A stretch of 64,000 nucleotides of DNA from Lama glama (taxonomy: Eukaryota): the NCBI GenBank assembly GCA_028534125.1, contig CM052818.1:10542001-10606000 (forward strand), in the 5' to 3' direction. Of this stretch, positions 12,249 to 24,760 are shown piece after piece. Each line of letters begins with the position of its first letter. Within the stretch, counting starts at the first letter, position 1. The position numbers and the translations under genes are program-made. The notes beneath the pieces were generated by a model, which did not search any database, was not told where the DNA came from, and saw only the letters and a list, made by a program, of their open reading frames with translations.

Positions 12249-12358
12249 AATAATACTTACCTACCTCACTGGGGTGTTGTTAACGATTAATTAGTTAATG
12301 TTTGTAAAGCACTTTGCAGTGTAAAGTGCTTGTATAAGTGCTAAGTATTATTATTATT
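12249..12358 (+). mobile_element. Amniote-type CORE-SINE 3' portion (MIR1_Amn / reptile MIR-like), very well preserved
   Basis: 'aataatacttacctacctcactggggtgttgttaacgattaattagttaatgtttgtaaagcactttg...aaagtgcttgtataagtgctaagtattattattatt' resembles the reptile/amniote MIR tail with its (TAT)n terminus rather than the eutherian MIR tail. Confidence 0.7.
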
Positions 12359-13218
12359 AAGCAGAAGTTCCATGGTTTGGCTGAAAATATATTTTTTTGC
12401 AATCATACATTTAACTAAATAAATCAAGTTTATTTACAGGAAGATTTTCCTTTTAGGGTCACCTCCTGGTTATTATCATTTAACTAATCTCTTCTGTTTT
12501 CATTTGGGTTACGAATAGAGCTGCCTCCTCCTGAAAATTTCTGTCTGTGAGAGAATTTCAGTCATATCCTAGGAAAATAAATTCCTATGGACAGTGTCCC
12601 TTTCCTCAGGAGCAAGGCTGAGTGTATTTTTTCTTCAGCGAGGATCCTATCCCTTGCTTCCCATATCCAAGACTGTCTCTGTAGAGTTCCCACCTAATTT
12701 AGTTGTAAATTGGAAAAAAAAATTGCATACAGAACAGTGTCCTGTCAAATAGGTCAGAAGAATAAATGTGCTAGATTTGATGATGATAGTAACAGTGATA
12801 ATAACAAAAATAGGGATTGGAAGTATTTTGGGTTTTATTTCTTCAGTTCCCTGTCTTTAGTCGTCTTTGGTCTTTGGAGGAATGTGAGGAATGTGGGGTA
12901 AGAGGCTGAGGAAGAAGCAAGTAGCTTCTGGGGGACAGCAGTCCACACATTGCCCAGTGGAAGAGCAGCCTTTTAATGGAGCAGGAAGCTGCCTAAGTCC
13001 TTGGCAACCTGCAAGTAGAATTCTTTCTCCAGCACCTTAGGCAATTCCACGAGAGTCACACCAGGTCTTTAAGGAACCTAGTACACTAAAAATCAACAAG
13101 GGATATGACACTGGGGAAAGGGATGAAACAGAAGAAAATCAGACAATGAAGCCTCCTGCTGCTCCCTTACTAAAAAAACACTTTGTGTTTTTGATGGACC
13201 ATATTCTTTGGCAGATTT

Positions 13219-13265
13219 GTGTGTGTGTATGTGTGTATGTGTGTGTGTGTGTGGTGTGTGTGTGT
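13219..13265. repeat. (TG)n microsatellite, imperfect
   Basis: Direct reading. Confidence 0.9.
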
Positions 13266-15155
13266 CAAGGTATGGTTGGACAGTGGCTCTTTTTAGCAGA
13301 AGCTTATGCACTGTCCAGATACTTGATCAGTACCATGCAAGGGTTATATCCTTACTGTGTAATTCTAGGGTAGGTGGGACCAATCCAGTTGAATTACTGA
13401 CATTGTAAGGAAATGAAAAGTCAAACTGCTGACCATGTGTATTTTATATTATTTAATTAAAAGTAGATAATGGTGCATGAATGAACCACACATCAGATAA
13501 AAATGGCAGCATTTTCTCATATTTAACACATATTTGACTTGTGGTTGTGTGACAATTTACCAGAACAGGTCTATGATGTCTCCAAATAGAAAATCAGAAG
13601 TGTAATTAAAAAATACTGCAGGGGAGAAGCAATATTAACTTCAACCCTGAGCAGAGCTAATCACAACCTCCGTTATTCCTATTTAATGAGAGTCTCTTCT
13701 GTTTCTTTCTTTAGCTTGAAAGAAAAGAAAAGAAATCAGAATTTTTATTTTAAATATGCCTTGTGCCTTTTATGGAAATAAAGAAAGTGGATGGGTTACG
13801 AATTCTAGGTGTCAAGGTTCCCAATTCATTTATTCATTGTAATGGAGTCTCATTAAATATCCAACAGTCAGTCATTCAGACTTCTTTCTTAGAACAGAAC
13901 TGCCAATTCACTGGACTATCTAGAGATTTTTGGCTTCATCAGCTGCGTTGTTGTGGGGAATATCCATCTGCTTTTCTTCAGTATCACTGGTGTGGCTGGT
14001 CCTAAATCAGACAGTAAATAATCCCAGTGAACTCAGTCTCTTCAGCACACATTCAGACACACCTGGTGTAATCAGAGCTCAGCATCCTCAGATCCTGAGA
14101 CAATGCCATAGCCAAAGGTCCCAAGTCTCTGACCTTCCCTGCCAGACTCTACTTGACTTTCAGATCAAGTGGGGAAGACTTTGGTGCATTCCCTGCTTTC
14201 TCATGTTCGATTATTTCATGACTTAGTCAATTCACTCACTTTTGTTCAGAAATGTTCATGAATATCTCTCACTCGACCTTGGTTCTTCTGTCAGAGGGTG
14301 AGAGCAAAGTACATCAGTATGTCCGATGACAAACTGTTGATAACTATTAGGTATTTCAGTTCCTTTTTCTGCTTTGGGTTGAGCAAGGCTCTGAGGTGTT
14401 TCTGCATTAGAATCTGGTCTAATACTGCCACTATTCACACTTCCCTTAGTCCTTAGTATAAATTTTCTACCCCTTAAATTAAAATATTACATTTTTATTC
14501 TTTTTTTCCCCAAATTAAGAGATTATTTTTACCTGACTTTTTCTGAAGGGTTCTCCTTGGAGCCAGGACAGAGAACTTGCTATTTTATCAATAGAGAAGA
14601 GTTTCCATTCATAGGAGAAGGTGAGGTAAAGACGTTGATGATTCCAAGTGGAGAGGAGCATAGCTCATGTTCTTGTATCCTGAGCAGATCTGATGAGAGA
14701 GCTGCCTGTGGAAGGTGGGGACCAGGCAAGGAGAGTCCTGGGCCAAATTATCTGGACAGACCAATGATCTGAGTCAGCACACCAGGTACAACTGGGTGCT
14801 GAGGGGATGTGGGAAACTGGGGCTGTCAAGTCTGTAGATTGTTGTGAGCCTGATAACAGAAGGCAAGAGGAGAGAGTTAAGAATGTGGTAGAATTGGATG
14901 GAGATGGTTTGAGAGAGACATTCAGAACTAAGACAGTTTGGTGAGTGTGGAGAAGAGAATCCCCATTCCCCCTGAACTAGTGCCCAATGGCCATTAAAGG
15001 GATGGTCATGGTGGCTTAAAGTATTTTCAGAAGGTGTGGCAGAAAGCACGAGGATGAAAACCAAGTCAGTTGAGTAACACTGTGGTGTGTCCTGAAATTT
15101 CCAGTAGGAAATAAATATACATGTTGTCTGAAGACAAAGAGCAGGGTCAGAAGCA

Positions 15156-15259
15156 CTCTGGTTCATAGATGTTAAGACATTCATCTTCTAATATTTTAGC
15201 TTCTCTAGAATTGGTTTGCACCTCACACTTGATGGCATCCTGGATTTAATAAAATCTGT
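15156..15259 (+). mobile_element. MER104-like TcMar-Tc2 MITE
   Basis: 'ttcatagatgttaagaca...attttagcttctctagaattgg...ttgatggcatcctggatttaataaaatctg' follows the MER104/Kanga terminal consensus with degenerate inverted ends. Confidence 0.6.
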
Positions 15260-15514
15260 TCTGGTATGAACAGCATGAAGGTATGAGAAGATGATGAATC
15301 TCTGGCTACAGCAGTCTTCACAGATGGGAGGGGCAAAGTTATGCTTTCTGTTGCTTATCAAGTGGGACTATTGTGAACATAGCTCTGCCTATCACTATGA
15401 TTTTTCAGATGAAACTTTGGGAATGTCTCACTCAGATGCTGAATCCCAGCTTCCTCTTTTTTGATGTTACACGTGTTCCTTCCCTTTTTCCCATTTTGAC
15501 TTATATTTAGAGAA

Positions 15515-15801
15515 ATCAGGCTGAATGTCAGGCCCTCAGGGAGGCCTTCTCAGACCACCGAACAATAAACCATCCCCCATTCACTTTCTATCGCATCTAT
15601 TTTATTCCCATCATAGCATTTACATTTTTCTGATAGTTTCCTGTTAATTCATTGATTGATTTTGTTTATGTTTCTTCTTCTCTGTTAGAATATAAGCTCA
15701 ACAAATATCAGGGCTTTGTTCACTAAGGTGCCCTCTGTGCTTAGAACAATGCCTGGTGCATAGTTGACTCTGTCAACATGTGTGGAATGAGTAAATGAAT
15801 A
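15515..15801 (+). mobile_element. L2a 3' end
   Basis: 'tcagggaggccttctc...ttagaatataagctc...agaacaatgcctggtgcatag...gaatgagtaaatgaat'. Confidence 0.85.
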
Positions 15802-17321
15802 TGTGACCTTGAAAAGAATTGAACTCTTCCCTGGAGAGTTAGGACTCCCTGGAGTAAATGTATATAATGAGCATTATATCCAACTAATGTGTTTTAGGGT
15901 ATTTTGTGGATCTCTCTACATTTCCTATATATCCTTTAATGAAATAAAGATTTTAAGAATCATGTGATTCTGAGTTTTTAAGATAGCAACCCCTCAAGTA
16001 TAGCTTGAGATTTTCCAGAATCTTAAATTAAAGCCTCCTCATCTTCCTGTCTGGGCTTATGTATGCTGATCCAGCTGCAAATCAGCCAGCTTCTATTAGT
16101 CACCCTAAAATTAAAAGGCAAGAAAACAACCTCTTTTCTTGCAAACAGACATTCATAGAAAGTTTTGGCCTTGTTATGTTGGCTATGGTCTTAGTGATCC
16201 ATATTTATATGGTTATAAATTATCTCTCACATGTTTAAAATAGATTTATCATTAATATTGCACTAGTAGTTATAATTACTAAGGTTATCACTTCAACAAA
16301 TTTAAACCAACTAAAAATACTATCAAAAGAAATTAACCTATCTTCACATACAGGCAACTCTTAAAATAGCTCACTTGTTGCCTAAAGTTGGAGATCACGT
16401 TAGGAGAAATTGTGAAAATGGACATGAGTCATGGAACTAACTTTCAACTTAACCTACATTAATCCCTTGAATGAGCATCACTCTCAGAATGAAATTAACC
16501 TCTTTGATTTTAGCAGATCCACTCCCATTATGCCTTCATTCCAAGCTGAAAGCAAAAAATATAAACAAAACCTGTTAACATTTGAGTGTGTATGATGCAG
16601 AGTCATCCCAGAATCTTAAGGGCTGTCTCTTGCTAAATTTAAAAGCAATTGGAAAGGTAGGTGTATATAAAGTGCCTTACTTGATCATATTAGGGCCAGC
16701 TTGATGCTGGCAGGGGTCCTTGTCATGCTGGGCAAGGAGGGTCTAGGCAGACATCATTATCATCTTTAGTTTGATTGTTCAAGGATGAGCCTCGCTACTC
16801 ATGTGGATAAGTAGTAAGTCTTTATCATTCCTTAATTCTGAAACCCTTGTCCTTCTTTATTCTACTTAGTGAGTGAGCCTGTCTAACCTATAATGACCCA
16901 GGGCTCATTTACTTACCAGCCATTCACTGAGCATCTGTTATATGGCAGACGCTGGACTGGGATTCTGGGGATATTAAGAGGGAGACCCTGATCTTTTCCT
17001 TCAGACTATTCAGGCGTGTCTCTGGCTTTCCTGACAATATTTGGAAGTGTGTAAATGACACTGGGGCATCTGAGTCACAAGTGGAAAAAGAGTCGTCGTA
17101 TGCCTGGAACATGTCTGATTTTCAGGCTATTGGAAAGTGAGGTATGACCCAACTACCAAATAATTAGTGGAAACTTCCCCTTTGATCTAAATGTTCTCAT
17201 CTTGAATAGACATGACCATTGGGGTTGCGTCATTTCTTTTTGATTTGCATAGATCTACAACCCTATAGGTTCTGTGTCACTGTCTCCATTTTGCCTTGAG
17301 GAACCTGAGATTTAGGGAGGT

Positions 17322-17790
17322 TGTGCTAGATTCCTGTGGTTGCCATAACAATTACCACAAACTGAGTGGCTTAAAACAACAGTCTCATTCTCTTACAGTT
17401 TTAGAGGCCCAAATTCCGAAGTCATTGTATTGGCAGGACTGTGCTCACTCTGGAGGCTCCACAGGGGAGAATCTATTCTTTACCTCTTCCAGATTCTGGT
17501 GGCTGCTGACATTCATTGATTTGTGGCTGCATCATTCCAATCTCTACCTCTGCTGTCACATCGCCTCCCCCTCTTCTGTCTGTGTGTCTTCTCCTTCGCA
17601 TGTCTATCTTATAAAGATATGTGTGATTGCATTTCCAGCCCACCTGGATTAACACAGGATTTTCCCCTCATCTCAGGATCATTAACTTAACCACATCTGC
17701 AAAGATCCTTTTTACAAGTGAGGTAATATTCACAGGTTCAGGGGATTTGACATGGATATCTTCTGGGGAGCCATTTTCCAGCCTTCCACA
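17322..17790 (-). mobile_element. ERVL-MaLR solo LTR, MLT1C-like, inserted into an antisense MIR (about 17225-17321 and 17791-17890)
   Basis: TG...CA ends. 'gccataacaattaccacaaactgagtggcttaaaacaaca' and 'ttaacttaaccacatctgcaaagatcc' are MLT1 hallmarks. The MIR continues on both sides. Confidence 0.9.
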
Positions 17791-18032
17791 GAAGCAAAGT
17801 CTTTGTCCAGGGTTATGCAATTGGCAGTGGTGGGGTGTGAACATAGCCAGGTCTAACTTTAGTGTCCACTCAGTTAAACCTCTACACTGACTCTCTAGAA
17901 AGCATGTGGGCATTCGAGTAATGATGAAGTGTTCAATGCAATTATACGAGTAGCTTCAACCTAGAAGTCTAGCATGAAGAACTAGGATGCAGGTTTTATT
18001 GATACAAGTGTTTTGCTGCCATCCTCCTCCTG

Positions 18033-18450
18033 GTTCATTCAACAAGGATCAACCAGTTCTTACAAAGTGCCTAGGCCACTCCAGGCTCTGTGCTGGGGTG
18101 GAGACTCAGCGCTGAGCAAAACCAATGACCACTCCTGTCCTTCCGAGCTCACTGTCTAGTGAGGGAACAGAGATAGACATTAAGTGACACATGCACGAAT
18201 GTGTAATCGCAAACTGAGAAGGAAAGAGGAGATGCAGAACAAGGAAAGCTGACCCAAGCTGGATGTGAAGAGAAGTTTTCCCTGAGGAAGTGATGTTTGA
18301 GGCAAGATTTGAAAGCTGGGTAGGAGTTAGCTAGGTAGTAGGGAAAAACATCCCAGAAAGACGGAATGGCATAGCTACAGGCCTTGTGACGGGAGAGATC
18401 ATCAGCTTTTTAGGAATTGAAATAAGGCTGGAGCAAAGAGTGAGGCAGCT
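18033..18450 (-). mobile_element. L2 3' region
   Basis: 'ttcattcaacaa...ccaggctctgtgct...gagctcactgtctagt...ccctgaggaagtgatgtttgag'. Confidence 0.75.
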
Positions 18451-18521
18451 TTGTCAGTAGGGGCATTTGTTTCTAGGTATAGTGAGTGGGCACAGAGTAT
18501 GACTCAGTGAATTCTCCATGT

Positions 18522-18652
18522 GGGCAAGTTCTCTGAGGGGCAGTGGTTGCATTTTGCATCTCTGGATGCTCTGGCCCAGCATGGTGTCTGGGACAGAGGA
18601 TGTGCTCATTGCTGTGCTTGTTGACTGACTTCATGAACAGATGAATGAATGA
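18522..18652 (+). mobile_element. L2 3' end
   Basis: 'aagttctctgaggggcag...cccagcatggtgtctgggacag...tgaatgaatgaa'. Confidence 0.7.
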
Positions 18653-19709
18653 AGCCTTTACCTTACATGTGCAGGGTATTTGACAGAGCAGATGACATAG
18701 CCCTGGTCCTGCTTGCTAGGTGTTCCCCTTCCAAACCAGAGCATCATAGTGTAGCTGAGTACATTCTGGCCATTTGTCGCACCCACATGAGTCAAAGGCT
18801 GGTAAGGGAGCCAGGAGTCAAAGCCTTTTTGCACAGAGTTTTGAAAAAGTTGGGAAGGCCACTGGCCTGAGAAAATGAAGCTGAGATAATAGAGCCCACA
18901 GTGGCTTCCTCAGCCCTCCTCACGTCACCCTGGCACAGACATTGCTGACTGAATCCTGAGGCCAGAACAGTGGCTCCCTAATGGTTTGTCCATCTTCTCT
19001 GGGGAAAGAGAATGGGAGACTTTTCTTCAGGCCAGCCTTTATCTTTTGCTCCATTTTTAGGGCACAGTGCCAGAAAAGAGCTAGCTTTGCTCTTAAAAAA
19101 AAGAATCAGGCCATAAGAAAGGTTTTCCCATCCTCTAGTCTGAGTTTCACCTGCCTTGTTCACCACATGTCGACTGGGCTGCCTCCTGTTACAGGAAATG
19201 TTTGTGAGATGCATAATTTTCATAAACACTCATTTAGCTTTTTCATGTGAGAGGGAACAAATTTCATTTCTATGCAAAACCTACTCAAAAGGACGAGGTC
19301 TCCGAGATTACCTTAGAACTCACATAATGAGAGTTCTCCTTGAGATGCAACCTAGCTGGTTGTTTTAGCCACGCAAATGTCAGACGTGAAGCTCTGGCCA
19401 TGGAAACCTTGCAGGCTAGGAGGTGAAGGCCCTCAGAGGCCTGCGTCTGGAACTGTCACCGTTCCAGACAGAAAGCCCTCAGGGCCGACAAACTGTGTCC
19501 TGAACAACACCAGCCACACATGATGGTATCCACTCAAAGATGAATATGATTTTTAAAATTTAATCCTAAAATAGAAATGCTAGACTGACCCATTAGCCTT
19601 GTGCTTCTTTCTAAGACTACCTTTCTTCCATCCCTTCCTTATTGTTTTTCCTCCTTCTCTGTCTTCTCCTGTAATTTCTTTATTCTTGAGATGGTATGGA
19701 TTGCTAAAA

Positions 19710-19825
19710 AGTCCAGTGAGTCAGGAGAGTTCTGGACCAGACTCTGGCACTAAGTAGCCACGTAGCCTGGGGCCTGCCATAGAACCTCTTTGGGCCTCAG
19801 TTTCCTCACACACAAAAGGGAACAC
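19710..19825 (+). mobile_element. MIR fragment
   Basis: 'gagtcaggagagttctg...aacctctttgggcctcagtttcctca'. Confidence 0.65.
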
Positions 19826-21214
19826 TGAATTCCCCGAGTGCCTGGTGAAGTGCCCACTGTGGTCTTCAGACCTTTCTTGTCTCTCTTCCCCCAGGCAGTC
19901 CATTTCCCCCTTACCCACCCACAAGACCCTCACCTGGTCTTTCCAGTTGTATTCTTCACTCACTTCCATCTTCTCTTGCTTCTCTCTTCCTTGTTCTGGT
20001 GGGGAGTGGATGGTCACAAGTCACATTTGGCATTTATCCCCTTTGAAGGATAATGGAGAGATTTCTAAAGCCCCAGTTGATATGGTATCAGGCATAAATT
20101 ACATGAACAAGGGTTTGCACTACTTTGATTGGGACAGTCGCACCAGGATGTCACAGGCTGGGAGAAGCCATGGACTGGCTGCCAAAACATGCCTGTTCAC
20201 GATGTCAAATGGAATCCAGAAGAGAGGGAGGATGGACGTAGTGGCATTTCTTTCCCTTTCACATCGTGCCCTTATTTATTTTTCTCATATCAGGGGCACA
20301 GTCCCCCCCCCTTCTCAGAGGAAAGCCAAGAGATTCCCCAGCTGTGCCCTTCGCAGGGGTCCAGCTTCTCCCCCAGCAACGGACACTGTTGGGTAAACTC
20401 ACAGGAGCCGCTCGCCCTCTTTTCATCTGCTCTCCCAGATTATACCTTCTTTCTACTTTGTTTTTCAAAGGCAAGACCACCTTAGAACATGGCTTCTTCC
20501 AAACGAGCACTTGGCAGCTTTCTTCGAAGCCTGAGGGCAGACCGAAAAGTGGTTTCTTCTTTTTTCCTAATACAGGTATTAAGCTGACTTAATATTCACT
20601 TACTCTGAAAAATCCCACTTCACAGAAACATTTTTTAACATGAGCCAAAGCGTTTCTCCCTAATTCAGCACAATTGCGCCTGGTTTATATCCATTGATGT
20701 TAAATGATTTCCCGTTTAATATCAATTGGAAATGGCTGATTTCCTACCCCAAACAGTACTTAATGTCAATTATGGCAGTCAGGGCAGAGCTGTTTTTCAA
20801 TTAACTACACCACTCCATTTTGTTTGCTGGCGAGTGGTGCAAAAAACGTGCACCCGAAGCTGCTTCGTGAAACAGTGACAGAGAGGGGCTGAGTATTGGT
20901 TTTGCTCCCTGTTCCTGACCACTGGTTTGGGAGGTGGTGGTGTGGGGGATAGGGGTAGGGGGTTACCTTTTCCTGTTTCCCTGGGGACCAGTCATGGTTT
21001 AATGAGAATCTACCCTTCCGTCAAAGAAACTTCTGGTGTGGTGATGACCAGAACTTGTTGGGGAAAGTACACTTAGCCATAAACAGTCTTGCTAGGACGA
21101 AGTTCACAGAGATGTCGAAGGGGGTATGTGTTCATAAAGACAGTTTGGCTGTGCTGTAGATTCTCTAGTAATTCTCGGAGAGTCTGGGTGTGGTTGCCGC
21201 GTATGGCTGAGAAA

Positions 21215-21420
21215 AGCAGCTAACGATGATTGAACACCTACTGTGGGTCTGCAGTATCATGTTATTTTGAATTTGCTCAATAACCTTGGAGGAGATAGTA
21301 TATGCCTGTTCATAGATGTCCATATCTGAGACTGTAGGATTGCCTGATGCCTTTGAGCTCTTCAGCAGTTGAAGCTGGAGTTCAAATCCAGGGCTGCCTG
21401 ATTCTATCTCATGGACCAGA
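21215..21420 (-). mobile_element. MIR SINE, diverged
   Basis: 'gctaacgatgattgaacacctactgtg...gctggagttcaaatccagggctgcctgattc'. Confidence 0.6.
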
Positions 21421-21699
21421 CTTCCTTTCTAATGAAGCAGCTGGTTGACAATATCCCTGGTGATTCTACGTAATCCCTAGGGAGATGCTCCTTAGGACAC
21501 TGGAGAATAGTACCAGAGGGGAACGGGAGCCAGGGGTTTCTCTTTTTCTTGGTTTAGGATCCAAAGCTCTACTCAGTCTTCCTTCATGTTGCCTTGTGTT
21601 TTCTCCCCTCCCTCTGTGTGGATGCCTTTCCTCACCTTTCTACCTGTGCTAATTACACACCTTCCAGGGACAAGCTGGAGCTGCCTGTGGAACATTCCT

Positions 21700-21763
21700 T
21701 GACTGTGCTGCCCGCCTTGGGCACTCCCCTCTGACTGCGCTGCCCGCCTTGGGCACTCTGCTC
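21700..21763. repeat. 32-bp tandem duplication (2 copies)
   Basis: tgactgtgctgcccgccttgggcactcccctc / tgactgcgctgcccgccttgggcactctgctc. Confidence 0.9.
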
Positions 21764-21914
21764 TTTCAGCACTTCTGCTCCAAGATCCTTTGCTAACACT
21801 TTCCACAACTGGCTGCAGAACACTTACCCAATGGCAGAAGCCATGCAAGAAAGAACTTTGGGTGAGGGGGCTAATAGGTCAGAGCTGACATTCAGCTTTG
21901 TCATTCTTTACGTC

Positions 21915-22250
21915 ATTCTGTCTTCATTCAGCAAAGACTTATTAAGCACCTACTATGTGCCAGGCATAATGCTGGGAGCTATTGACACCAAGGAACCTGT
22001 GTACAAGTGGAGGGAGCAGGCACGAAAGAGATAGCTTCAACTGAATATGATGGGTCTTATGGGACTGCCTCAAACAGAGGCACTGAACTCAATGGTGGGG
22101 TAGGTAGAGGCAGCAGAGAAGTTTCTGTGGCATGGGAATCTGTATTGAGTTTTGAGGAGGTGGTTCGGTAATAGTAGGTAGGGGTCAGAGAGGGATGGAA
22201 ACCTGAGGGAATGCTTTAGCTCAGGAGTCAGCAGCTGTGTGGGTATGGAT
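21915..22250 (-). mobile_element. L2 3' region
   Basis: 'ttcattcagcaaagacttattaagcacctactatgtgccaggcataatgctggg'. Confidence 0.75.
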
Positions 22251-22329
22251 AACACTGGCAGGTTATTGAAACCCTTGAGGCTCAGTCCTTCACCTGCAGC
22301 TTTATCAGAGGGGTGATGTGAGGATCAAT

Positions 22330-22570
22330 AACAGCACACATTAACTGAGTGCTTGCTCTGAGCCTCGCATTGGTGTAAGCTCTTTACCTGTATTAACTCA
22401 TTGAATCCTCATAATGGTTTTATGAGGTAGGCATTGCTGTTATTGCTCATTTTACAGATGAGGAAACTGAGTCACAAAATTAATTACCTGGTCCAGAATA
22501 ACCAAGCTAGTAAGTGGTAGGGATGGAATTCAGACCTGTGGATCACCTCTTAGCCATTAATCTATGCTGT
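22330..22570 (-). mobile_element. MIR SINE, near full length
   Basis: 'attaactcattgaatcctcata...cattttacagatgaggaaactgag...agctagtaagtggtagggatggaattcagacc'. Confidence 0.9.
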
Positions 22571-24624
22571 TTCTTGAATAAACTGGTGCATACATATTGC
22601 ACATGATGGTACCTGAATAATTAATCACTCCGTTAATAGTTATTGCCTTGATTTTTTAAATTGTACTCTTTTTTTCTTTAAACCTTTCCTTTTTGCAAAG
22701 GTAAGTCTTTCTCCTTCAGAATACCATTTCCTTGGGTACAGGACTATGTTGGCTACACAGCGATCTCCTCTTTTCTCCACTTTGGGATCTATTTCAGTGA
22801 TGTGCAAATAGACAACACAAAAACCAAACAAAATACTTGGATAAATGCTCGTGCAAATGAAGGTTGCCAGCCAGATTAGGAAAAGGAAGAAGTGAAGCTT
22901 CTTGTTTCTAATGTTTACTAGGCATCTGAAGGCAGAGGATTTCTTGTCTGGGGGTTGCCGAGGGAGTGGACAGCTCTTTTCTTGGCTACTCTTTCTAAGA
23001 TGGTTGAGAAATGAGCCTCCTGGGGAGGTCCAGGACAAAACTCCTACATTTTTAGAGGTTGGTTTGAGTGTCATACTTGCTCATATAAGTTAAGTTTTTC
23101 ATCTTGGCCAATTTATTTGGAGGAAGTATCAGGTACCAGTGTATGTGCTGACCCTTTTGGTTGAAAAATACAGTATATTATCTAAGTATGTCCCTGAACA
23201 GCACTTGAAGATGTGTACATTTTCCCCCCTTCCTGTGTCTTCTGTTGACTGACACAAGGCAGTCTGTATATCACACATGTGTCTGAGATACTCAAGTTTC
23301 TGTAAAAAATCTGCACAATTATTTAGTAAGACCATTTGATGAGATTTTGGATTTTCTCTAAAATTCTTGTAGGTGTTTATTCTTTAAAACTTATGGTAAA
23401 GTTAAAAGCCATCCATAAATGCTAGTCATTCCTGTATGTTTTTGAGTTGAGGATCAACTTTAAACTTTTAAAAAAGGGAAGGAGAATAAAAGACAATTGA
23501 CATAGGAAGAGGGTTGGGACTCAAGAACCCTTAATAAGTTAACAAGCTAGCATATTGTTTTCAAAAATGGTGCCAATGATGACTTGTACGCCATAATTTC
23601 CAGCTTAGGCAAGGCAAGTTTTGCTAGTTGACATTAGATTGTATTTATGAACATTATTCTACTCATCCTTGCAGTATCTCAGAATGTCACGAGAATAAAT
23701 TTCCTCTTCAATCCAAACTGGCTCAAGGTCGATGCATGGGACCAGGCATTGGACTCTTCACTACACAGCTGACTCCCTCCTAGTGGTTGTCCTGTGCCTA
23801 GATTGAAATCATGCTTCTCTAGGGTGGGGCTTTCAGAATTGTGAAGAGTGAACAAGAAGAAGTTTATGAATAAATGAGAAGTTTGTAAGGAATGCCTCCT
23901 CCGTGCCTGGAACTCTGCTAGACAGATTTCAGATACGTTCTACATTCTTCAGAGGAAGCCCAGTTTCCTGCACCTGAAGTATGCACCCTTTTGGCAGAGT
24001 CTTTGCAATATTTAGTGGTGATTATGTCAAAGAACCCTAGGCCTTGCCAAACGGAAGCAGATATTTGGCATGACCTGGGTATCTAGTGCACATTATTACG
24101 TCCATTTCACAGATATGGTGGAAAGACAGTCGCAGTTCCCTGGGGGAAAATTCTTGTTACTTGGTTCAGATCTCTCCCTGGTTTCTTGAATCACTCACCT
24201 CCAAGGGTATCTAATCCAACTGCTAATTAAAGAAAAAATAGAGACAGCAGATGAGAAGTGTGACTTTTTTTCCCCCAATGAAGCGATTTAAACCTTTGGA
24301 AGGTACACAAATGTGGCCCTATTATTCAAGTTAATTTACAATCCTTTCCCTGTCCACCACAAGGAATTTATGAACCTGGAAGAGCTGGAAGTCCCTTAGC
24401 AAAGTAAACAAACTGTAACTCACATTGCATTCTTCCAAGGAGCCTCTATCAGCAGGTTTTATTTTCATACCAAAGGTGAACAGATAATTTGGTGAGCTGA
24501 ACTTTGTGTCATTTAGAGCGTCCAAGAGCCTGCCTGCATAGGGCAGAGAGAGAGAGGTGACTTGGCAGCCATCTGCGGGCTAACACACAGCAGCTGTCAT
24601 TGTCCTGGTGACAATGATGATGAC

Positions 24625-24760
24625 AATGAGAGCTAGCATTTACTGAGCTGTCACCATGAGTCAGGTATTGTCCTACACTTTTCAGCCTCAGCACAACCCT
24701 TTGAAATAGACCTCATTATTCCCTCCATTTTACAGATGAAGAAACTGAGGCTTTTAGATG
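24625..24760 (-). mobile_element. MIR SINE
   Basis: 'gctagcatttactgagc...ccattttacagatgaagaaactgaggc'. Confidence 0.8.

Noticed and set aside
12322..12341. TAAAGTGCTT...AGTGC resembling miR-20a/miR-17 family mature sequence
   Set aside because: Only the first 10 nt match exactly. It lies in a SINE tail stem with a 3-nt loop, not a pre-miRNA hairpin, and no cluster partners are present.
14010..15000. Possible old LTR (MER21/MER77-like) fragments
   Set aside because: Resemblance is too weak to call by eye; needs RepeatMasker.
18033..18652. Oppositely oriented L2 3' ends as a miR-28/miR-151-type hairpin source
   Set aside because: The homologous parts are several hundred bases apart and too diverged to form a compact stem.
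19845..20396. 183-aa ORF (and similar 144-174 aa ORFs at 22640, 34447, 43850, 52452)
   Set aside because: No recognisable domain or convincing splice context. Several overlap repeats, and such lengths are expected by chance across six frames.
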